Assembly (NCBI RefSeq): GCF_036971445.1
Contig: NC_091478.1
Location: forward strand, 85,312,001 to 85,376,000
Length of the DNA stretch: 64,000 bases
Source: Narcine bancroftii
Lineage: Eukaryota
Direction of reading: 5' to 3'
The translations under genes were made by a program, and so were the position numbers. A model generated the notes under the pieces. It was not told where the DNA came from. It was given only the letters and a program-made list of their open reading frames with translations, and did not search any database. This document shows, in pieces, positions 52,397 through 64,000 of the stretch (positions are counted from its first letter, which is position 1; each line of letters begins with the position of its first letter).

Positions 52397-53784
52397 CTAT
52401 GCTGCTAAAAGTAGAAATATCCAGTTATTTGGTTTGAAAATATTACACTGTTGAGCAGAATTCTCATCTGGTAAAGAAATGAAAAATGCAGTACAAATTA
52501 ATATTTAAATAGGGGTGCATTGAGAGAACTTTGTGGGAGAAGCATCAAGCACAGATTTCTCATGTGAAATTCGAATAATATAGATAGATGTCGATTTCAC
52601 TGAATTAATTTGTTTATTTTTGTAATGTCACAGATTTTGAGCATAGTTGAAGCATTTGCGTAGATATTCTACTTTTTTGTTCAGAATTACAAATTTTAAA
52701 TTTGAAAACACTGAGTCAGTAAAATTTCAGAATTAGCTGATCTGTTCACTGGGTTTGTGCAGTTAACATTGAAGATTAATGGTGTAAACATCTTGAAAGT
52801 TTTATTTAAAGGTGTGTTAGAGAAGTGCTGGGAAAAGTGAAATAAAATAAGCACTTAATCTGGAATAATACAAGAGATGTAAGCTAAACAGGCAGCAGAT
52901 GCAGGCTACTTGTCATCATGAGCCTGCATCAGCATTCATTATCATACTTGATATGATTGAAAGCACAACTCTGCATCCACATATGTACGTTATCCTTCGC
53001 CCCCACACCCCCCCCCAATCAAGAACTCTCTGCCTTAAAAATATTGAAAGATTCTGCTAGTTTTGAAGTCGAGTGTTAAAAGAATGTGATCCTCTGATAG
53101 AAAATTTTACCTTTGTTTTAAATGGAAACCCTTTGTTTTTTTTTAAACATTTGTTCCTGGTTCTTGTTTCTGCAACAAGAGGAACATCATCTTCACATGT
53201 TAAGTTCTGCATGTTGTTTTGTGGCCTGGTAGCCTACTGTTAAAGCCTTTTGCAGCAAAAGTATGTACGAGACCACTTTTATGGACACCTGGCAAATTTG
53301 TGAAAGAAAATATGGCCTTTCCTGTGATTCAAGTGGTTATAAAAATACTTTTAACTGCTATTTGAGTTGCAAGAATATTTCCTGAAAAGTTATGTTGTCA
53401 GCACAGAAAGATTTTAAAAAAAATTTGTGTGGCAAGAGGCACAATACAACTTAATCCAAAGAACCTGGGATCACAGTGAGCCAAGTTGAATACAATCCAC
53501 TTGGTATAATTAATCTGTGATTTGGTGAGTTAACTTGTGTGATGTTCGTTCATTTTAATCTGTTATTGACATGTATCCATCTGTAAGAGCATTGAACTCT
53601 TTAGCATTCTGCTAAAAGCTTGAGTTCATTTTGATGTATAATGAAGTTTCTTCAGAAGTGTTGCTGATGGGTACAAGAGAAAGAATCTAATATTCTGAAT
53701 GTATTCCAAACAAAATGTTCACATTTTATTAGACAAGAGGCTTTTAAGTAATACCTTCTCACCCACTTATTTCTGTAGGTAAAG

Positions 53785-53843
53785 ATGGCTACTTGGATAA
53801 AGCCTAGAGTGGTTGCAACACACAAACTCAGCCCAGATGGGAG
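53785..53843 (+). CDS. NCOA5-like gene, first coding exon
   Basis: Polypyrimidine + TAG acceptor at 53778; Kozak-like AAGATGG; MATWIKPRVVATHKLSPDG(R); donor GAG|GTAAGG; phase 2 fits the next exon. Confidence 0.65.
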
Positions 53844-54843
53844 GTAAGGGAAGTTTACAAGTAATACCTACTACCCTTAAACTGTTTTTTAAAGGAATAG
53901 TTTTAATTGTGGAATGTTTTTTCACTTTAATATTTGTATCAGTTTTTAGAATTTTAATGAGACTTCCTGCTGCCTGTTTAATGTCGTAGTCAATCACGAG
54001 ACTGTTGCTAGTTTCCATTGGAAAGTATTGCGTGTTCAATAGTGCAAGATGATTTTCTAACTGTTTGAAAACCACTACTGATGTTGTCAAACAAATATTG
54101 ACCATTTTCAGCATTAATTTTGTTGAGTACATTTACCTTGTTTTGGCTTTATGTCCGCCTTCATTGGCTGTGTATAGAATAAGTTTTTTATTTATAAAAA
54201 AGTTTCAAGCCAAGGTGTGGTAATTTTTTTCCCCCTTTCTCTCCCTCAAGCACATATGTAGCAACGGAATACAATGTTGCCAGAGAAGCTTTGCCAAGGT
54301 ATGAAAATAAAACAGAAATAATGGAATAAATATAGCCTTGAGCTTGGGATGCAAGCCTTTTGTGAAGTAGTGAGGTGATGAATATTTCACTCCCATACCA
54401 GGGTTCTTTTTGCTCACACTGATGGAAAGCTGGAATGGGACATTTCAGTTTACCCAACTGAAGTTAAGATTAAGAAACAGGAGCATCTTTCAATAAATGC
54501 AGTGAAACTTCTCAGAGAAACTGAAGTGATAGGTTACAAAATTATAGACAACCTCAGTCACTTGTAATAATAAGTTGCTAGTCTTGATTTACAGTGGAAT
54601 TATCCAAATATTTCTATTTGGGCTGGGCACAGCATTGTGGTGACATGCAGTTTTTAAAATGACTTTCTGTGCAATTGGTTTTTAATTAAAATGACAGGAG
54701 CAGTTGACTTTACGGTTTTGCTTTTAATAGTGTCCTCTCAACTAGATAAGATCTGGAGTAAGATTAATCACATTTGTGAATTTAAGGCTTAATCTTTAGC
54801 ACAACTCAGTCACCTGAGTTCTTTTCTGGTGATGACTTGAGAG

Positions 54844-55214
54844 CAGTAGTTCTTCATCTTTTTCTTTCCACTCACATACCACTTTAAGTATTCCCTATGC
54901 CATCATTGCTTTGTGATGAGTAAGGGATTTTTTAAGGTGCTATGTGAGTGGGAAGGTTGAGAATCACTGCTCTAGGCCCAATTGTTTCTGAAATATTTTG
55001 CTTGAGAAAAATTGTCATTGACCCGTTTCCTTTGGAGTTATGAAACCGTGCACATAATGAGCCAATTAGGGATGAATAAAAAAAGTGGTTTCAAACTTTT
55101 TCTTTCCACCCACATACCACCTTAAGAAATCATTTACTAATCACAGCACCTATGGCGTAGGGAAAACTTAAAGTGGTATGTGAGTGGAAAGAAAAAAAAG
55201 GTTGAGCACCACTG
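54844..55214. mobile_element. hAT/Charlie-like composite MITE
   Basis: CAGT(A/G)GTTCT...GGTTGAG.ACCACTG termini; 8-bp flanks CTTGAGAG / CTTAAGAA; second copy at 61665-61999. Confidence 0.7.
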
Positions 55215-56385
55215 CTTAAGAAAGAACATCAAATTTGATATTTAATTTGTGGGCAGATTTAACATTTGAGTTTGCCTTTTTTTGGTGGAAATGTACAGTG
55301 TTTGCTGCTTTCTAAATTTGACCAAACTTGGAATTTTTCACTTCAAGACTTTTAATTTGTCCCTGAAAAATAAAATGCAATGTTTTGCTGCTAAATAATA
55401 AATAGCTGTGAGGTTATTAGAATCTATCATTATTAAAATTCTCATTGCACAAGAACTTTGCAAACATGCAGCTAAAGACAGAAATTAGTGAGCTCCAGTC
55501 GTAGTTACCTTGTTCTGAATTTAGTAGTTCCAGCACACTACATTAAGTTGGAAGTTGTTAATGCTTAGTAAAGTCACCAGATGAAATTGCAGCTTCTTTG
55601 TTATAGCAGAAGTTGATAAAGAGGCAAGTCTAATCAGTTCATGACAAACACTGGCTTGGAAAATAGTTGTGTGAATTCTCATTCATTCCATTTCATTTTA
55701 AACTGATGTTTCACTTAATATTGGCTGTCTTTTTTATTCATTACTAATTTTCTGTACAAGTGTGTACTTGGTTTAGTCTGAAACCAAAATGTTGAAGGTC
55801 CTGGAAATTAAAATAAATCATACTGAAAATTCCAAGCAAGTCGGGTAACATTTGTTGAAGTTTTGTAAAGGAGTAAGGACTTGAAATGTCAAGCTCAATA
55901 TTTTCTATCTTCACACATGGAACCTTTCATTCCTGCTTCAACTATGCTGGCTGTTGAGAAGCCTTCCTCTAATTAATTGGTGAAGTAAATACACAGCCGT
56001 GTGACTTTTTAACATGTCTAAGATTTCTTCAAGTGTGTGCTATGCAGCAATAGATTCAAGTTCCAGTGTGATAATCCAGATACTGTGATCTTTGTTGCTG
56101 TTCTTCACTGCCCCTCCTCTCCCAGTCCAGTACTGGACTGCTGTTAGGTCAAACATTTGATTCCTGGCATCTTCAATTTTTCAGATTTATCTTGAGTGGT
56201 GAGTATGTTCCTGAATAAAGTGGAAATGATGTGGAGAATTGTTCCTAAGTTATAATGACTATTTTCTCATGTTACTGGCTTTTTAAATAAGTGGTCAACA
56301 TTTAAAAGATGCAGATACTTTCTTTACATTTGACAAGTTCAACCACATTTTTTTTGCATTCACATTTATCCTACTTCTGTTTTAG

Positions 56386-56462
56386 AACTAATGAAGTGGT
56401 GGAATATTATGGTGGTTATACTGAAGGTTACAGTGCAGAGGATTACAACTACGCCTGGAGTG
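56386..56462 (+). CDS. NCOA5-like gene, second coding exon (77 nt)
   Basis: tctgttttAG acceptor; (R)TNEVVEYYGGYTEGYSAEDYNYAWS; G|GTATGA donor; phases link 53843 to 59361 in frame. Confidence 0.65.
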
Positions 56463-58849
56463 GTATGATCAACTATTAAGCATCTACTTATTTGTAGCTT
56501 GCAAAAATTAATACATTGGAGTTTAGTCAAATAGTTTTGCACTGCATTGTGGTGAAGGAATAATGAAAGGAGGAAATAAGATGGAAATGTACAACTGGTA
56601 ACTCAAACAAGAGGAAGAGAGCAATGGTGCTACATTTAATTTGCTCTCTTATCCATTCTCCACTTCAAAAGTGATCCAATCTCTCATTTCCCTTTCCCTT
56701 CCCCATGTAGTTGCTACTCATCATCTGTGATCACTTTTCTGCTACACTGCATTTGTGTATTTCTTAAACTACAGGTGGAAAATTGTGATCCAAGGGACAC
56801 AATTAATATTAACTTGCTCATGGTAATGAGATTATTTGCACATAAAGTTTCTTTGGGATGGCTTGTTGGATGAAATTAGATCAAAAGCTGGTCATCAGTT
56901 GATCGTGTTGTGGTGAAATATAGACTGGTGGATGCAGGATTGTGCCAATCCCACTCATTTGGAATGACATAACAGCATATATTGATGTGGATTTGGTTAC
57001 AAAAGGCTGCTTTGTAAAAGGTGTTGACATGTGGGTATCAGGTTGGGAATTACTTGTTTAGAATTGGCTTTAGGGTATTTTGTGTGACAATGTCAATTCC
57101 TTGATGAGAAAGATCAACTTCTCCACTTCCTCCAAATAAGACAAGCTGGACTAGTCGAGGTTTAATTTGATCCACTGCCTGAAGTTACTTGACTCTTACA
57201 TTTATTCTGTGCCTCCTTATGATGTGATGGGCTGAATATCCTCTAAAACTGCAGGCTCAGAGAGTAGTCTTATTATCTCACAATCTCTCTACATTCCCAG
57301 CAAATTCCCCAGATTCTGTAATATACCTTAACAAATTAACACATGAACAATGAACCATAAACACTACCTTGCTTTTCACTCTTCATTTGCATTTTTTAAA
57401 AATGATGTATTTATGAAAATAATTAGCAATTTTTACAGCTGTACTGCCCAATAATGGTGCTGCAACATAACAAATTTTGTGTATTGTTCATGACAATACA
57501 TTCTGATCTTGGGACAGTTTATAGTTGCCAGCGACTCTCAACTGGCAGAACTTTGGGGAGTGGGTGGAAATCTGAGCACCTAGGAATGCAATGCAATCAT
57601 CTGGAAAAAGTGCAAACTCCCTAAGAAAGCAGTTGTGGTTAGGATTGAACCCAGGCGTTACTCCTTAATTATTGTCAGATTCTCAATTAAAATTTGTTAA
57701 GTTAGTTAATAGGAAGGAAATGTATTGCTGTAACATGAAAGTCTGATGTTTCATCAACATGCTGAGATTCAAAGTTGCATTCCTTTAGAAAAAAATACTT
57801 ACAATTTGAGGGGCAAATATTCCTTATTTCTACAAGTTTGGAGCCGGTATGCAAGAACTAGGAGGTTAAAATTATAAATCATTTTTTTGAATTCTCCTGA
57901 CCAGTGAAGTTTTCCCTGAAAGTATAACAATTTTATATTTCTTGGATCCTTGAGTGTCATCTAAGCAATCTGAATTAATTACTATGCAGTAATGATATGT
58001 ATTTTAGATATGGGATTAGATTAGATTAGGTTTAGGAGGGAGGGTTTTAAAATTTTCTATATACAGCATATTTGTTATAGTTACTTATTTCTGTTTGTCA
58101 TTATGATCCTATATATGTTGCTTAAATAAAATATTCAAATAAAAAGATTGAATCCAGGCTTTTGGAGCTGAATGGAAGGAGCTCTGCTGTTTGCAGCACT
58201 GTCAGATTCCGTTTGAAATTAATTTCTAATAAGATTGTATTTATCTTCGCAGATAAACATACAAAATATTTAAATTATCACACGCAGATGAAACTGGATA
58301 TTCCAAGCAAACAAAATATTCAAGTTTTTTGAGTTCGAAGAGATGGCTAAGAATTCAATTACAATCTGATAATAAAGTTTACAGAAATATGACAAACTAA
58401 TTTTTGCATAAATTCATGATTGAACAAAGGTGACGCTTTTCTAAAAAAAAGTTAAAGCCAACCTTGCATTGCTAAGACATCTCATGTAATTTCCTTGTCC
58501 TACTTGAATGTTGAGCAGATCTTTGCCTGGATGTTTCTGAAAATGACATGCTTGATGACCAGTATGTATTACCAGTGATATCTAGGTACGTTGTATTGGC
58601 ATCAGAGGTTTTGATCAGCATGAGTTGCTGTTCTCCATTTTTTTTTTTAAATAGAATGATGAACACGTTAAGATTACTTCAGTTTTAAAATTTAACTTGC
58701 AGACTATCAATTTTTAAATTTCTCGTAGTTTGGCTGATTGAAGCAGAAAAGCCACCCAGTGGTCTAATGTTGCCATTGCAACATGTCAAATTTATATGGG
58801 CAATGGAGAAAACAGGCTACGGAGGCTAGAATCTTGAGCAAACAAAGAA

Positions 58850-59025
58850 TTGCTGGTGGAACTCAGCAGGTCATACAGCATCCATGGATTAAAAATGGTC
58901 AGTCAGTGCTTCAGGTCAAGACTCTTTATCAAGTCTGCATTGAGTCTTAAAGGTCTAGAACCAAAACATTGAGTGACCAATTTCTACCCATGGATTCTGT
59001 CTGTCCTGCTGAGTTCCTCCAGCAG
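58850..59025. mobile_element. Penelope-derived palindromic element
   Basis: TGCTGG.GGAACTCAGCAGG ... CCTGCTGAGTTCCTCCAGCA inverted arms, the same motif as the Penelope-like termini at 22975 and 24065. Confidence 0.6.
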
Positions 59026-59360
59026 TAGTTTGCTCTAAAAATTAATTAGATTGAACCAATTCCATTGGAATTTCCTGGCAGAATTGGAAAAGAATGCACT
59101 TGGACACAAGACGAAGGGTAGATGAATTACAAACTGCTTTGAAATCAACCATTGCTCTGGTTATGTGCATTTTGCATGATTTATCTACCCAATTATTGTA
59201 AATCCTTTCACAAATGTGGTACAAAAGTAACATAATTAATCATTCAATTATATATTTAATTTTTACCTCAACTGGATAAGTTTCCATAGTTCAAGCATTA
59301 TTGGCTAGAATAAAAACTAATTGATTATACTCATAAAGTAATTCTATTTCCTTATCACAG

Positions 59361-59490
59361 CAGAAAACTGCAGACCTGATGATGGTCGCCGAGAAGAACT
59401 TTATCAGCAATTCTATAAAGAACTAGAGGATGACTACAATAAAGAAAAGCATGCTGATTGTGTTGTTATAGCCCTAAGCAAGCAACAAGG
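59361..59490 (+). CDS. NCOA5-like gene, coding exon (130 nt)
   Basis: AENCRPDDGRREELYQQFYKELEDDYNKEKHADCVVIALSKQQ(G) resembles NCOA5 RREELYRQYFEEIQRRFDAERPVDCSVIVVNKQ; CAG acceptor, GTAACT donor. Confidence 0.88.
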
Positions 59491-60976
59491 GTAACTTTTA
59501 TTTATTGACTTTTGTTTGTTGAATAAAGGGCATGTATCATTCATTTCATGCTTGAGATTGCAAATTGCTGAACCACTTGGTGTCAGAATTGACTGACAAG
59601 TGTCATATGATTTATTGGAAAGAATAAATAAAGGGTTTTAACATTTCCAGATTATGTGCTTTAGTCATTTCTTTTGGGAACATTAGAACCAAAGATGTCA
59701 TTTGGGAAGTTAAAACCATTGATGTCTTTTGTTTCTATCTTCTAAGTTATAAAATAAAACAAAGCTCTATCATAATGGCTCTTCATTTCTTTCCCTTCTA
59801 CCTCAAATGATTTGATTTGAAATTCTCAGATGGATAGAAAGAGAGTTCTAATCTCTCATTAACGTGACCATTATTCATGTCTGATCTGGACAAGTTGGAT
59901 AGTGGGATGGCATTGTGTTAGCTTGTAAAGAGTTATAACCATAGACTTTGATATTTTCCAGATTGTCTGTTTTGTTTTTCCTTAGACCTTGGGTACCAAA
60001 CAAAAGTAGGAAGCCAAGCCAATTTTCTGTTCTTACCACAATCTTAGTTGAGGTCATTGATCACACAAATGTTTTCAGTTCTTAAGCTAGTTGTTCTTCC
60101 CTAGAAAATGTTTCTTATGAAATTTCAAATCTAATGATTGGCATTCTGCAATTAAATCCTCTGAAGAAACTTTGTTAAATTTGTTAGGAAGTAATTTTGT
60201 GCAGTCTTTTGTAATGCATATAATTACCAGAAAAATAAAATAATAATGCAAGTAAGGCCAATTTTCTCTAAAAGCAAAACTTTTAAATGTTGATGATGCT
60301 GGGTGAATAAATGTAAGGTGGTTAGTTTTGCAATCCGATTTTGAATAGCCAATTTTTCTGTGCAGCTACAAAAATGTACAGAGAGACACATTTATTGATT
60401 TTAATGTAATTTTCTTTAGGGTAAGCTGATATTTTTAGTACCTGATAGCAGACAAAAAAAATGAGTGCAATATTTTTATAAATACTCTTGTCACATTACC
60501 ATTTATGAAAAATGGAGGACTATATAACAAATTAGTTAAAATATCTATTTGGATTTTAAAAGTTGGATGTGTGATTAATTTTTTTTAAATAAAGCTAACA
60601 AAACATGGGCATTATTCATTTCACAATAGACTTGTCTTGATTTGACTAAAATACCAAAATTTGTTTGCATCTGATATCTTTGAGACAGTTACTTTGTTGG
60701 GAAAAACTTCAACAATTCTAGGCTTGAAAGTAGAAACTAAATCTTGTGCTTTATAGGCATTTTACTTTTGTTGAACCAAGATAATATCCCAATACCCATT
60801 TTAGTCATTGTATTCGATCATAAGTTAAAATGCTAATACCTGATTATGTGTATTTTCTTTTCCATTGTTTATTTTGTATATAATGTTTGGGATAATTGTT
60901 GTAGATGTATATTGAATACAATTGATACATTAGTTTGACTTGTTAATCAGAATATATTGATTTGTTTCATTTTAAG

Positions 60977-61176
60977 AGATTATGCCAAACTAATAGGACG
61001 ACGAGTGCAAGAACTGGGACTTCTTGTGGATTTGGTGTACCTGAAATTAGAGCTGGCTCTAGATACTGCCCTGAAAGATGTTCGTGAAGAAGGTTCTCCG
61101 TTTTGTGTCGTTGTTGGGGGAGAACATCAGTCTCTTTCATCATGCACCGTAATTATTTTATATGCTGGCCACAAAG
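60977..61176 (+). CDS. NCOA5-like gene, coding exon (200 nt), anticodon-binding-like domain
   Basis: DYAKLIGRRVQELGLLVDLVYLKLELALDTALKDVREEGSPFCVVVGGEHQSLSSCTVIILYAGHK resembles NCOA5 DYAESVGRKVRDLGMVVDLIFL...GSPFAIVITQQHQIHRSCTVNIMFG. The gene continues past the window. Confidence 0.9.
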
Positions 61177-61664
61177 GTATATTTTCAGTTTTCGTGATAA
61201 TTAAGAGTTTATTGTCATGGTGCAGACATTAATGGAAATTACTTGTTTCTTTACCTCAGCAGTGAGTGTAAATTGACTTCCCATGGAAATTCAAGCATCA
61301 TTTCACAGCTCTTGGGAGAATGTTAGAATTTTTTCCCACCTTTCTTTCCCCTTTAAAGACACTCTACTCCATTTTTAAAAATCTAGTTTGAGACAAGTTG
61401 AAATATTTATGGCAATTAAGGTGGAGACCACATGAACACATCAACCCAATGACTAGGTTTCATCTGATTTCATCTGTCAACCTTTACTTAAAAGTTCTTT
61501 AGTTATATACTAACAATTTGCCTTCTAAGAGAGCGGTACAAAACTTGCTTTGTAAACACTTCCAAGTTCCATCTCCTTTTCTGTATTATGCCGTTGTTGA
61601 GATTCTGCTCTTCATTTTCAACAACAACCCCAGCTTTCCTGGGTGTGTATGTGTCTATCTATAT

Positions 61665-61999
61665 CAGTGGTTTTCAAACTGCTCCCTTGACTCACATTCC
61701 ACCTTAAGCAATCCCTTAAGGTGATATGTGGGTGGGGAAGGAAGGTTGAGAACCACTGCTCTAGACCTAATTGTTTCTGAAATATTTTGCTTAAGAAAAA
61801 TTGTAATTGGCCCATTGTCTTTGGAGTTATGAAACTGTGCTTATAATGAGTCAATGAGGTACGATTAAAACAGTGGTTTTCAAACATTTTCTTTCCACTC
61901 GCATATTGCCTTAAGTAATCTCTTACTACTCAAAGCACCTATGGCATATGGATTGTTTAAGGTGGAATGTGAACTTAGGGGGCAGTTTGAAAACCACTG
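61665..61999. mobile_element. hAT/Charlie-like composite MITE (second copy)
   Basis: TIR CAGTGGTTTTCAAACTGC / GCAGTTTGAAAACCACTG; central segment closely matches 54960-55090. Confidence 0.75.
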
Positions 62000-62339
62000 G
62001 TCGAAATGTATATTAAAAAAAATAAAAATAATATTGAGATGGGACACAAGCAGGTTTTTAATTTGTCTTACTCTCATACAATGCATGAATGTCTATTTGT
62101 TTGTCTGTTCTCCATGCAAATCAATATGGAGCACTCTAGAAATGTCCAAGGAGGTTCAGAAGGGGTGACATTTGATGCTGAATGTCATGACCACATTGAA
62201 TTTAACCTTAAAGGTCATATGAAGTTCAAAAAAAAATTGAACTTGCACCAGGGACACCTCAATTAGTTACAGTGCTGTTCATCAATGTACATTCAAAATA
62301 AATTTAAAAAAAACCAAGTGACCAAAGCAATACCAGGCC

Positions 62340-62823
62340 AACCTCAGTGCTCCGACCTCCAGTCAAACAAGGAGCAGAAAACTGAGGAACAATGCCAAGC
62401 CAGTCTCAGTGCTGATGCTGCCTTGCATTCTATGAGCAGACGACAAGGATCTGCTGAGGAAGAACAAGCAAGACTCCCAAGCAATGTGAACAAAAGCCAC
62501 CAGCCGAAGGGCAACATCATTTACAACAGCCGACCTGCTAAGTGCTGCATTTAATTACTCAATTGACATTGAGTATTCCTCCATTAATGCAGTTGTAATT
62601 GGCACCATGTCAGAGCTCTGCCAACATTGTGGAGCAAAGGGGTGGGATGGTGAAATGCCATCGATATGTTGTTCCAATGGAAAACTTGGCATACCTCTCT
62701 AGCTAAAACTTCACAGCCATTGAAAATGCCACTGCAAATCACCACAGCAGAGTCCAAACATTTCCTAAAGTTGATCAGAGGCTATGTCTCAGCATTTCAG
62801 ATGACATCTTTTGGAGCCAACAA

Positions 62824-62825
<2 letters not shown>
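62340..62825 (+). mobile_element. Helitron RepHel N-terminal fragment (pseudogenised)
   Basis: TEEQCQASL..EEEQARL repeats, then AAFNY..IGTMSELCQHCGAKGWDGEMPSICCSNGKL and, after a frameshift, ESKHFLKLIRGYVSAFQMTSFGA; these are typical Helitron N-terminal motifs. Confidence 0.8.

Positions 62826-62867
<42 letters not shown>
62826..62867. repeat. (GT)n microsatellite, about 21 units; a second (TG)8 tract at 63121-63137
   Basis: Direct reading. Confidence 0.95.
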
Positions 62868-62869
<2 letters not shown>

Positions 62870-63499
62870 CTGGCTGTACAATTGGTGTAGTGGTTATTGC
62901 AAAGCCTTTAAAGTGGCAGCGATTGGGACCAGGCTTAAGTTTGAGTCTTGTGCTGGCTGTAAGGAATTTGTACGTTCTCCCTTTGTCTGCATGGGTTTTC
63001 TCTGGTCACCGTTCAATAAACATACTGGGGAGTAGGTTAATGGGGGTGTAAATTGGGCAGCACAGACTCGTGAGCTGAAATGGCCTGTTATCGTGCTGAA
63101 TGTCTAAATTTAAAAAAAAATGTGTGTGTGTGTGTGTATTGCTTTAAATGTTGAGATTATCTTGTGTCTTTATGTACAAATGTCTGGGAGTTAGATGCAA
63201 AGATGAAAGGGTTTGGTCATCTCATCAGGGTGAAGGGAATTTGTAGGCCAACTTTATATAGGTACTCCCCGACTTGCAACTTGCATCCATGTGCATGAAT
63301 GGCTGAAATTAAAAATAAAGAGAAAATATAAAACTTGCGTGACTACGGTGAAAAGTGGGCCTATCCATGGAAAATAATGCCTCTCGCAATAGCTGGCCTT
63401 GGTGGCCAACCTCTCACAAGAGCTGGCCTTAATGGCCTGTCATGTTGAGATATTTCACCACATTTTACCTTCTTGTGTCCCATTTTTCTGATTCTGTTG

Positions 63500-63770
63500 C
63501 TCAATATTCTGAGGGTCAGACAGATTTTAGAGGCCAGTAGAGTCCGCAGGATGCTCAGGGTCCGCAGCAACAGAGAATGAGAAGGATTCAGAGATAGAAA
63601 TCTATCGTTTAACTCTTCAGTATCACAGGTAGGGCAATTCCGACACGCGTCCATTCCTAGATACTGGTCATCCAGAGGGAAAATGCACGCATGTCGGGGA
63701 GTACATGTACTCGGGTCCATGCCAAGAGATGACTGATTTTGGATGTAATTAAGGTGGTGCAACTTAGTGA
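63500..63770 (-). pseudogene. Possible ERV env transmembrane-subunit remnant
   Basis: Minus frame AFSLWMTSI*EWTRVGIALPVIL..ILLILCCCGP, then frameshift to SILRTLLASK; resembles the env TM/cytoplasmic junction (..LL..GPCIL). Confidence 0.35.
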
Positions 63771-64000
63771 AGTATTCAAAATTAATTTGTGCAAAGTTCT
63801 GTCAAATGACCCAATGCTCAATTTATTGAAAGATCTGCCTCATTTTCAGTGGCTAACTCAGTCCATGCCAAAACCATGAACTGTGCTACTTGTTTTATCT
63901 AGAATATTTTCAATAAATTACAAATCCTGCTCAGTGTAGGCTTTAGTAAGTTTGGAGAGAGAATTGATATATATTAAAAAAAAAAGTTGCCTTTTTTCCC

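Noticed and set aside
51932-52454. Three overlapping ~155-aa ORFs / CRISPR-like array
   Set aside because: The ORFs are a by-product of a stop-free 22-bp tandem repeat. There are no unique spacers and no cas genes, and the context is a eukaryotic intron.
61177-61186. Donor GTATATTTTC as a U12 site
   Set aside because: It lacks the CC at +5/+6 of RTATCCTT, and the 3' end of the intron is not visible.
62126-62266. MEHSRNVQG.. as the next NCOA5-like exon (cf. EHRNMP)
   Set aside because: There is no suitable AG acceptor in the required phase and no similarity beyond a few residues; the next exon probably lies outside the window.

Overview
Vertebrate nuclear genomic DNA: AT-rich, CpG-depleted, with GT-AG introns and four N-gaps. 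The repeat content (CR1, L1/Tx1, RTE, Penelope-like, V-SINE-like, Gypsy) suggests a cartilaginous fish, probably a ray; this is an inference. Three spliced protein-coding genes can be reconstructed by hand. (1) HEATR3, minus strand, coding exons 1-7 (ATG at 32021, running off the window at position 1). (2) CNEP1R1/TMEM188, minus strand, complete: 6 coding exons, ATG 49774/49777 to stop 40848, 125-126 aa; intron 4 has a canonical U12 (minor spliceosome) signature. (3) An NCOA5-like paralogue, plus strand, head-to-head with CNEP1R1 across a ~200 bp bidirectional CpG promoter (coding exons found 53785-61176, 3' part outside the window); it lacks the long Arg/Asp-rich N-terminus of NCOA5. The rest is intronic or intergenic and TE-rich: a near full-length decayed L1/Tx1 with TSD, a very young RTE insert with a perfect TSD inside a Tigger/pogo fossil, a CR1>L1>Gypsy nest, Penelope-like fragments with degenerate hammerhead motifs, MITEs, solo LTRs, a Helitron RepHel fragment, a possible ERV env remnant, and a perfect 22-bp minisatellite. 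No rRNA, tRNA, CRISPR or prokaryotic system is supported.
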